DNA of 64,000 nt from Phoronis australis (lineage: Eukaryota > Animalia > Phoronida): NCBI GenBank assembly GCA_002633005.1, contig NMRA01000051.1, forward strand, positions 124,001 through 188,000, written 5' to 3'. Made by a program: the position numbers and the translations under genes. Shown here in pieces: positions 26,830-36,709 of this stretch (positions are counted from its first letter, which is position 1; every line of letters starts with the position of its first letter). The notes below the pieces were generated by a model. It saw only the letters and a list, made by a program, of their open reading frames with translations, was not told where the DNA came from and made no database searches.

Positions 26830-27674
26830 CATAGGCGGATTTATAGGGGGAGGGGCTCAGGGGGCCCGGTCCCCCCTTGGCTGCCGCAAAAAAAAATGAA
26901 ACAGCAAGAGCGTAGGGAAATGTTGAGTTTATTAATTAACCCCGGCACTACGACTCCGTTTCCGTCTTCTGCTCCACTGTGCAATGAGGAAAATTACTTC
27001 CCTTTTTAAAGAAAATGGAATCTTTGTGATGATGAAAAAACAGAAGTTTCTGGTAAGATGTCAATTTTAATCGAAGCCTCAGTGAATCACTCAGAATCTC
27101 ATAATTCTCTCTTTGTCAAACCTTAACTTAAGACGATTTCCAAAGCAATCGCGTCATTATTGCCTACACAAAAAACGGATTTGGTCTTTTGAGCAATTGA
27201 AGACTATTTAAAGTACAACAAATTTGTTACGAACTGATTGCAGAAGATATAAAACACGTAATAAGCATTACAAAAAGAAGGTTTCGCGCGCAAACGCTGT
27301 GGACCATAAACAAGTAGGTCTCTTAGTACCGAGTTAGGAGTTAAATCGTGGTGGTGCAGTGGTAAAGCACGCGTGTTCTATCCGCCAGGTCGTGAGTTCG
27401 AGTCTGTGGCGCTTGCAGTTTTTTCTGTTTGACACTTTCACCTTTTTTGCCTTTTTTTTCTTGGATAATACTTCGGGAATCAAGGAAAATGCTTGATTTT
27501 AGAGAAAAAAAATACAGTAGAAAAATTTCCTGTGCGGGAGGGGGGGGGGTAATCCCCCTCCCGACCACCCCCCATTCGGTGCTATGCGCATCCACAATCG
27601 TGCTTTTAGCAAATGTTTACAGACAAAATGTTGGGCCCCCCTTCAAGTTGTGATATCCTATAGATCCGCCACTG
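26830..27674. mobile_element. 845-bp element with 5-bp TSD (hAT5-like)
   Basis: gttgc|CATAGGCGGATTTATAGG...CCTATAGATCCGCCACTG|gttgc. Confidence 0.8.
27346..27417 (+). pseudogene. tRNA-derived sequence (pseudo-tRNA or SINE head)
   Basis: A-box TGGTGCAGTGGT and B-box GTTCGAGTC at tRNA spacing, followed by a T-tract; acceptor and anticodon stems do not pair properly. Confidence 0.6.
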
Positions 27675-28411
27675 GTTGCACACGCATTGCAACCAGGGCC
27701 GCAGCCCCCTCCCACAGCTGCTTGACACTAATTGTAATGACTCGCCGACATGGGTTAAGAATTCGCCGAAAGTTGCCAGGAATCGTAGAGTAAGAAGGAG
27801 TTTCAAAATTAGCGGCAATAAAGTGCGGTAATACGGCGAGTTAAGATGAAGAAGGTTTAAAATGAAAAATATTGTCTCAAACTCTGAAACACTGATGGTA
27901 TGAGGACTTAAATTTTCCAATGATTTGCTGTGTCTCTCACTGGTCTTTAGATATTTTCTTCTTTCGCTCGTGGAATAACTTGTATGTGTCTCGAAAATTG
28001 CGGACGTGCTCGAAACTTCGAGTACAGATTTTTGAGTAAATTGAATACACCAATGAAAGCTGAGTCTGTACTCGAGTTGACTAAGTTTGAGTTCGAGTCT
28101 GACGACGGAGATTGGAGACCGGGTCCAGAACGAACCTGCCAGACGGCCATTTCCAAGCATGAGGATACCCATAGAGCACTGTGGCACCAAAGAAAATTGG
28201 TTACATTTCATGTCCATGAAAAGCTCCGGGATCCCAGTCTATATTAGTTGAGTATTAGTTTAATGGTTTATTGATAGTGCGTGACCTGCTTCTTGACGAA
28301 TACAGTTTATAACACTTTCAATGCCTACCAATTACATAACGGCGTGGGCTGTACTGAAGTGGTATTACATGTGGGTATTAGTTGCTATACAGTTGAATTT
28401 TCCGACTGCTG

Positions 28412-29598
28412 GGTTTGTCTGCTCAACCTCTCCGCACTGGTGGTTGTTGCTCTTTAAGGCTGTTTCGGAGACAGCATGACAGTGTTAGGCCTTTGGCTTT
28501 GTCGAAATAGCGCCTTCCTATTTTATCTCACGTTGACGCATTCGCTAGATGAAGGCTTCGAATTACTATGGGAATCGAACTTGGATGAGATAGAAAATGC
28601 AACTCTAGAATCGGAAGGATCTGTCCCTGGTTGGATAAAAGGAGCTTTGGTAAGCAGACCCAGTCAACATTACAGTAGGCTACTGGACCAGTACTGTCCC
28701 ATTAGGCCTACGTACTGTCCACGATTCTATCTCTGAGTACCGCAGGCCAGTAATGGCACGTACAATAACGTCGTGCACAATGGCCCTTACCGTAAGTAAT
28801 ACTGGGCCAAAACCGGGCTGTAACGACTTTGTACGGTATTGGGCCATTTTATTAAAATAAGCCTGTATGTAGTGCTGGGCCAGCATGGGTCCAGTAGTGG
28901 ACCAGCCTTAATGTACAGTAACACTGCTGATCAGGCCAGTACTATTTGCTAAACGGTCCTGTAGCAGGTGCTGGTTCTTGGCCAGATTCTAGTTGCAGTA
29001 GTNGGTTTGTCTGCTCAACCTCTCCGCACTGGTGGTTGTTGCTCTTTAAGGCTGTTTCGGAGACAGCATGACAGTGTTAGGCCTTTGGCTTTGTCGAAAT
29101 AGCGCCTTCCTATTTTATCTCACGTTGACGCATTCGCTAGATGAAGGCTTCGAATTACTATGGGAATCGAACTTGGATGAGATAGAAAATGCAACTCTAG
29201 AATCGGAAGGATCTGTCCCTGGTTGGATAAAAGGAGCTTTGGTAAGCAGACCCAGTCAACATTACAGTAGGCTACTGGACCAGTACTGTCCCATTAGGCC
29301 TACGTACTGTCCACGATTCTATCTCTGAGTACCCGGCGCAGGCCAGTAATGGCACGTACAATAACGTCGTGCACAATGGCCCTTACCGTAAGCAATACTG
29401 GGCCAAAACCGGGCTGTAACAACTTTGTACGGTATTGGGCCATTTTATTAAAATAAGCCTGTATGTAGTGCTGGGCCAGCATGGGTCCAGTAGTGGACCA
29501 GCCTTACTGTACAGTAACACTGCTGATCAGGCCAGTACTATTTGCTAAACGGTCCTGTAGCAGGTGCTGGTTCTTGGCCAGATTCTAGTTGCAGTAGT
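28412..29598 (+). repeat. Direct duplication (28412-29002 / 29004-29598) of exon 1 of oxygenase paralog 2 across a single N
   Basis: The copies have identical coding parts (28476-28649 and 29068-29241) and a few substitutions plus one small indel in the intron; the junction is the N at 29003. Confidence 0.9.
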
Positions 29599-32500
29599 TA
29601 CTATACTGTGTTGTCAGTGACAGATTTAGAGTGGGCCAAGGGGGCCATGGTCCCCCCTACAATTCTCCATGATTCCATTGGGCAGTTCGAGAGTACCAAT
29701 GTCTGACAGGCAAAATCCTGGCTAATACTCTGCCCTGCCCCCCCAACTCAACATCCTGGATCCGCCCATGGTTGTTACATAAATTGTATTGTGTTTTTTT
29801 ATGTATCCATCCAGTATTCTGCTTCATTGGACGGGCAACATAATGAGCCGATAGTCCTTTTGCGAGTTAATAGCAATAACGCGAGATTCTGTGAGACTTA
29901 ACTGTGACGTCACCAAAAGTAGGGCAAAAGCTAATCATGTCGTTTGTCCATTTGCCCGATACGTTAATAGAATGTATTCTGTTCAGTTTACTTTCAGGTT
30001 TTATTTTTTAGTGCGAAAAATGCCAAACAAGCGTTGCTGTTATGGGAAATGTAATTCAGATTCGCGCTACAATATGTTCCATCACGTTCTGTACTAATTT
30101 CGACCTGCATATTGTAAACGGGCGGTAGGAAAAATCCGCTCACTGATTATAACAGTCATCCACCTCGTCAAAATACATTGTACACCTAAAAATATCACTC
30201 AAATGCGCCTATATGGATGTTTCATTTGATTTTATTGGCTGTATTTTGAAATGAGTGACATTTTATGGGTATATACTATCGCCCCTGTAGGCCTACGCCT
30301 GCGGCATTCACTTCAGGCCTAGTCCGGGTCGAGTTCCAATTTTAGTCAGTTCACAGTTTCGCACGAGATAAGAAGTTCACCTTTTATTTGTCCATTCACA
30401 GTTACTTCACGATCCATCTACCATTTGTTAAGTTGTGTTAATGTTTTCAGCGTTAAATTCTCCATAAGAACTGCTAAGAAAATTAGCCTGTGCAGCAAAG
30501 ACTCGGTGGCAAAACGGCAATATGGCGGGGTTTGCCTTACTTTCGGTGACGTCACATTGAATCACTGGAAACTTGCAAGTGAGCTATTACCAAGGGTCAT
30601 AAACAAGGAGTTGGAAATTGACATCGTACTACAATAGGGCCGTCCTGGATTACACAGCTACACTGGAATCTCGCTGTATTTACCCTCACTTCCGTAAACA
30701 TTTATAAGGCACATTTGCTACCTCGTTTTTGTGCCATTGGAGTTGACATGTTATTTGTTATTGTGTGATTCTTTAGACGTTTTTCTTGGTTGCATTACTC
30801 GAATCGTCCTTCCAATGCCAAAGAATTCTTACTGTTGTGCTGTGGGCTGCAACTCCGACGTGAGAAAGTATGATAAACTGGACAAATACCCGTGGATGCG
30901 GGATTTAAAATTCTTCGCCTTCCCAACATCAGGGGGCACACTGACAGTTAGAACAGGGTTTTGGTTGCCGACACACACCCAAGCGGAGACGAGTCCTTAT
31001 CTCACGTCCTTATCAAGAGTCTGAAAAAACAAAAGTTTTTTTGGCGTTCCCAACTCAAAAGCACTACTCATGATAATTGAAACTTAATTCTGCTACAGAT
31101 TTTCAATCAGCTAATTCACATCAAGAAAAATACCAGCACACAAAAATACGACCAAAAACACCAAATTTGACCGTTTTCTACCCTAATTTACTACTTCCCT
31201 GCAAGTGCTAGAAAAATTCTGACAACAGATTCAGAATTCTCGTTCTCTCTGGATTCTAAAATGTGCATGGTCATAGTACGCCCCTTACCAGCTACATTTT
31301 TTCGCAATTTGAATCTGTCTGACAGCCACCTGAAATCGCCCCCGTTTTCTCAGTCAGAAGGCGACAGGGGTTGAAAGCAAGCGACAGACACGATTTTGCA
31401 GGGAAAGTGGTTGACGGCAAAAAACTTGGAACAGTAAGATGCCCCAATCAGACAAATAAAGAGTCGAAACAAAATTGATTATAAGCCCATTCACAGTGAA
31501 TAAGCATCACATTGAGGAACCAGGCACTGAGTCAGTACAACATAGGTTACCACACAAGGTGAAAGATTTTTGTCCGCAAGTTTACGTCAGGGCATGAAAA
31601 CCAGAAACATCGCGCCTGATGTTGCAGCGACATCACAAGTCCAATGCGAAAACAGCGGAATGCTCCACATGATTTACTATTAAAAACAAAACCTAAAAAC
31701 CTGTCCGAGACGGGTAGCACATTGTGCTTGCATGAATTTCGTTGTCCTACAATGTATTTTACCAGTCTAAACTGCGTCCCTCTGTTTTGGGACGAGTCTT
31801 TTGATGCAACAGCTAAAACGAATAATAATCGAAATGCCGTCTTTTGCTGTCGTCTGCATTATGCATGTGCGCCAACTACCTTCATTTCACACAGTGATTA
31901 ATAGCAAATTTGGCAAAACTGATCAGTTTTGGGCAATCTCTCAAGTTGAAATGCGCAGACCCAGTATTACGTGAAGTGCTGGAAAACGGTGTGTTCAGTA
32001 GATCGGCTGTTTACCTCTCTTTGGAGCAGTCCTTATTTTCTATTTGATAGTCCTTATTTTCTATTTGATATGGTGTTCTCCAGAAAGGCTGAAAACCGCT
32101 GCGGCACCTGATATTGAGTACGATGGAACCCAGCCTCCGCCGAAAAGGTCCAGCCCCAACATATTCCTTAAAAATAGGTTATGAATGGACAATAACAACA
32201 AAATTGTTGCAGCTACTGGTGCTACTAACTACAATGATAACTAAGTTATAGTCTAGACGTATTTCCAAAAAAGAGCCCTGTATAATGCTCTAGAAGCATT
32301 TTTAGTAAAAGCTGGGAACAAGACTTTTTCCCACCACCAAGGGATGGCAATTTCAACTAGCCCTGTTCCCAAGCCGAATTTTGCGTTTTTGACCATCTAA
32401 TTAGCATAAACAAAATGGCGGTCAAATTGTCATGTTCAGGTGCATCCTTACAGTAGAAATCACGATACACCATTTGAAATGGTGAAATGTCTCAGTTGTA

Positions 32501-35500
32501 TACTTCTTACAAATACTTCTTGAGCAATACATCACATATGAAAACTAAAAAATTGCAACTCCAAAAATTAATTATGCAAATTAGGTGCCTCCATTACCAT
32601 GCAATGCAATTTTCATCGTAACTTTGTTCTCCTGCAGGCTAATTTGAAAAATGAGGTGTTTGCACCTATGTTTTCATGGTCAACAAACCTGCTAAAGACA
32701 CTTGAAGCAATTTATTTCATATTTATTGGGTTATAACGTATAATTACAGAATGTGGAAAATATAGTCGTTAGTCTGCAATGCTGGATTAGCAAGGTCTCA
32801 CTATTTTGGAAGAATATAAGGATAGATGTTCACACTATTTCGTAATTTTCCATTCATAAAAACATAGTTATTGTTATAAAGACGCCAACGGTTATCATTA
32901 GATTGTCTGTTGAAAACAGTTTACCATTCACGTTTTGGTACTTTTTAACATGCGTGAAGCAAATTAAACAAGGACTCTGATCGCGAATGTGCTGGTAGCA
33001 TGTATATAATTATGTGCATCATAATCCAGATTTCCTACATTTGCATCTACTGTTGCATTGTTTCTGGCATGCACACAATACCATCTCTAGGCAGCTGTCT
33101 CCAGAATTTTTTGAGGATCATCATCTGCAGCGGCCATACTCGTAATGTAAGCATGACAATCCTCGTACGGCCTCTGCAATAAACGAGACAGTTTGTGTGC
33201 CATCGTAGCTTTGTTGTACGACTTTCCAGTGATGACCTGTACCTTGATCATGTGGTCTAATCTCTATCCACACCTCAGCTAGTCCGGAACCACTCATGTG
33301 ATCTACAATAGCTTTGACAAAGTTCATCGATACGTAAAGGCCCCCTCAGCGAGGTATAACTTATTTTGGTATTCTGGAACCGACCACGTAAGCTCCATTA
33401 ATCTGCTAGTGGTCGACTGTGAGAATGGTCTGTTCCTGTCCAACGTTATGACCATGCATCTCTTTGTGTACAACAGTATCTAAAAGTCATGTTGTTATGT
33501 TTACAATAATTTTATGTCTTATAGTGAAATGTTCGCAAAAAGCATTGATAATTCTGATTTCTAATACTAATTTTCGGGTTTTATTAATGAACATTTGTAA
33601 CTTAGAGAAAGTGATATAAAAAGCATCGCATGAGTGTTAATGATTTTTCTAGACCTTCAAAACATAGGTATAGACACCTAATTTGTCATGTTTGCCTCTA
33701 ACATGCACATTTTCCAGAAATGCGTCTAGACTATTAGTAATAATTTTGAATTTGCCTCTGATTCAAAGCGCTTCACGTGGCGTCGGGTCGTACTCTTTAA
33801 ACTTCGCCTGAGTGCCACTGTTTGTGTAGATGACAGGATGGTGCATATTTGGTAGAATTTGAAACAATCACGTGTCACCAAGCAAATTTATATGGCAAGA
33901 TGTGAAAATGGAAACGTACTGTGACGGGACGTTAGTAACTGTACGTTTATTGTTATGCTTATTTATTTGTTATTGTTCATTTATCCTTATGCTAATGTCT
34001 TTGTTATGTGGCCATGCGGGCGCGACTGTATGAGTCGGACACTTCGCTAGCGACAGGCTTCGAAGAAGGGTGTTTCCTTCCTTTGCCTATATATGGAACT
34101 GAGCGTTATCATATGTAACTGAACTGAAATGTATGCGTGACGAGGTGAAATACACATTTTTTGGTGTTCACTGGAGACTTGCCCTAATACAGTACAATCA
34201 CTGATTCATGATAATTTGTAATCCTTTTGTGATTGTCAGTGTGCCAATGAAGTTGATTGAGGACTGTGAAAAAGCTCCAGTCGAGCTTGAGGGAAATCCA
34301 TGCGCCCGGACTTGCAAACGTCGATGCCTTTTGTAGCACGAAAACACAACTCCTCACAAACGGTCACAAGAAGAAAACCCATCCCCTAGTTCGGTTGCAC
34401 AGCAGTACATTACGACATCCACCAAGCAACAGTTAACCGGGGAGGGAGTGGGGTGCAGGTCACTCACCTACCGACCGGAAGTGCTCCAAGAAGACTTTCT
34501 TCGACCGTGCGGGACGTTTAGGCGGTGTCAGTGACCGGCGGTGGGGCGCACAGTTTACCCTTTACGTCACTCCGCTCATCCGAATTGCACAACCTGGACT
34601 GGTCACCTCGCGGGTTAGCGCTAGTAATAATGTACATCCACTAAAATGGGAGTTGACACATCACATCGGACACGAGGTTGAATAGTCAAATTTATGTTCA
34701 TGTCCAACCAGAATAGGCCTATAGTGAATATGAACACTAACTCAATCAGACAAGTAACATTACTATTTGAAGCCAAACGGCGAAAGATGTCGAGTTCGGT
34801 CTTTTCCTTCAACCGACTGCAGTAACAAGTTCTGGCACATGTTTCTGAACCCACGGCCGGTTACCAACGCGTTGCCGTACTGACTTGTCACAAGGTGACT
34901 GGTCTAGCTGACTCATCACAAGATAATACACTCATCAGTCACAAGGTGACGCTAAGCACCTTTAACTATAAGCAATAATAATGAGAACGTCGAGTGTGAC
35001 GATGCCCACAGACCTGAAACAGTCAGCTTCGCTCACTTTGTATTTACCTTTCATATAATCTCGTTTCAGATAAGAAACGGCGCTGGAAGATATGAAATGG
35101 GTCCACACAGTCTGAATCATGTCTTCGATGGATTTGCGAAACTGACAAAATTTGAGTTCGATCGGGGATCAGTGAAATTTTCGACAAAATTCCTTAGGTC
35201 CGATTTTTATAAAGATTCACTGCGTGAAAATGACATAGCTGCTTATTTAACAGTTGGCAATATTCATCCCAAGATTGGTTTTCTCAGAAAAATGCTTGGA
35301 TTACTTCGTGGAATACATAACATGGACGTCAACATTGAAAGTCTCAAAGTTGGCAATTCGACAAAATACTATGCTCTGAATGACATTTGGAGAATGTACG
35401 AATTCAATCCAAATAATCTGGATACCATCAATTGTGTAGAGCCGCCAACTATACTTGATCATCCTGTAAAACAAAAGCGCCAAGACTTCTTGTTAAAAAA

Positions 35501-36533
35501 CGAGCTGTTAGAGGCAATTAAAACACAGTTTGAAAACGTGAAGAATATTGAGGGTTTTTCAATGGACCCGAGACTTTCATCTGCTCATCCACTTAAGGAG
35601 TATGACCGCGAAAGCTGGATCACCTATTACGCACACGTTAACCTTATAACTGGAAAAGCGCAGGTCTTCGTATACCGCGTTCGATCTTTGGAAAACCCCG
35701 AAACGGTAGCTGTGTTGGATTTCGATAAAACACGTTACATGCATTCATTTGGAATGACGAAAAATTACGCCATTTTCACCGCAAACACTTGTTATGTAGA
35801 AGCACTGAAAGAGATAGAGTCGTTTCCTTTCGACTGCATCAGATGTGATACCGAGGACTTTTCAACAGTCTTTGTTGTGGATTTGAGAAACAACCAAGTG
35901 TGGAAAATGAAGACGAAATCATTTTTCATCATGCATCACATAAACGCTTATGAAGCAGACGACTACACCGTCGTGTGTGACATGACAGACCATCACAATT
36001 TCAGCCAGTTGAAGAACTTAACGAGAGATATTTTATTGGATAAACGCCGAAGGGATACTGATATCAGGCCTTTAAGTCAATACCTTCGATTGGTAATAAA
36101 CCTCAAAACGAATGAAATCGACTTCAGCTATTTGGAAACTCAGCCAGGCTACGAGTTCATATCAACCTCCGAAATGCCGGCCATCAACCCCGCGAAACGG
36201 TTTAACAAACATTGCTTTATCTATGGCATGGCGTTTTCGTCTGACAATAAACACTTTGCAAACATGACTTTGACGAAAAAAGATGTTTGTGGTGGAAATG
36301 GCGATAGATTTTGGCAAATAGAAAATCACTATCCCGGAGAACCACGATTCCTGGGGTCACCAGGTGCAACCGAGGAAGATGATGGAGTTTTGTTGGCGGT
36401 TGTCTTGAATGGAATTAAACGGAAGTCGTATTTGGCAATAATTGATGCGAAAAGAATGAAACTTATTTCAGCATCATACACACCGACCACGATACCTTCG
36501 GGTATTCACGGAAAATTCTTTGAAGAACTGTAA
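29068..36533 (+). CDS. Carotenoid cleavage oxygenase (BCO-like), paralog 2, 545 aa, 2 exons
   Basis: Exon 1 is 29068-29241 (or the identical 28476-28649), ending TTG|GTAAGC; exon 2 is 35070-36533 (TTTCAG|ATA). The join gives GSVPGWIKGAL|IRNGAG. Four His motifs are intact (SAHP, YMHSFG, MHHINAYE, GIHGKF); intron position is the same as in paralog 1. Confidence 0.92.
29615..29770. mobile_element. MITE with 5-bp TSD
   Basis: gttgt|CAGTGACAGATTTAG...CTGGATCCGCCCATG|gttgt. Confidence 0.75.
29872..30585 (+). mobile_element. THAP-bearing non-autonomous element (ISL2EU-like ends)
   Basis: aat|AGC...GCT|att ends with inverted TGTGACGTCACC.AAAGTA.GGCAAA blocks; internal MPNKRCCYGKCNSDSRY THAP start at 30020. 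Confidence 0.6.
30633..30930 (+). mobile_element. Left-end fragment of a second THAP transposon
   Basis: MPKNSYCCAVGCNS...LKFFAFPT at 30815 is a THAP N-terminus; truncated. Confidence 0.55.
31481..32030 (+). mobile_element. Deleted fragment of the same Academ family as 15956-28241
   Basis: Collinear with the reverse complement of ~20170-20935, including GACCCA.TATTAC.TGAAGTGCTG and TCGGCTGTT.ACCTCTCTTTGGA.CAGTC. Confidence 0.75.
32249..33733 (-). mobile_element. Second Academ-family deletion derivative
   Basis: tta|TAGTCTAGACGTATTTC...GAAATGCGTCTAGACTA|tta (3-bp TSD). Minus-strand relic GQEQTILTVD..LMELTWSVPEY..PR*GGLYVSMNFVKAIVDHMSGSGLAEVW..GKSYNKA. Confidence 0.8.
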
Positions 36534-36709
36534 ACCTGTATTTCAAGAGCGTTTTCCGGCCGCGATTTTCCAGCCAGCACGATTAAAGCACCCGTGAATT
36601 TCCGCAGAATTTAATTGCTGACTTTTCACCAATCTGCCAATAATAAGCTCAATTCACCATGCTTTTCAGTAAAATTTAGAAAAAAGAAAGATAGTAAAAC
36701 AACAGGATC

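Larger units (their letters stand above)
24436..28118. mobile_element. 3.7-kb composite insertion with CCAATCTCCGT..CAGACTC inverted ends (possibly Harbinger-like)
   Basis: It interrupts the right Academ TIR. GGCCAATCTCCGTACTCAGACTC pairs with GAGTCTGACGACGGAGATTGGAG. TSD unclear and boundaries approximate. Confidence 0.55.
15956..28241 (-). mobile_element. Academ (AcademX-like) DNA transposon, degraded, containing nested insertions
   Basis: tatt|TAGACCGGGATCCC ... GGGATCCCAGTCTA|tatt (4-bp TSD). The long TIR 15956-16320 matches, in reverse, 24188-24430 plus 28120-28241. Internal minus-strand relics carry AVDLSLEQ..NRDAAS, LVNIATG, GDHEESDTLIAFHV, RASDT and YHAFTGCDYTSVFY (XPG-like). Confidence 0.85.

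Noticed and set aside
27346-27417. Functional tRNA gene
   Set aside because: A and B boxes are present but the acceptor and anticodon stems do not pair.
33920-34368. Solo LTR (TGTGAC...GTCACA)
   Set aside because: No matching TSD, PBS or PPT could be found.
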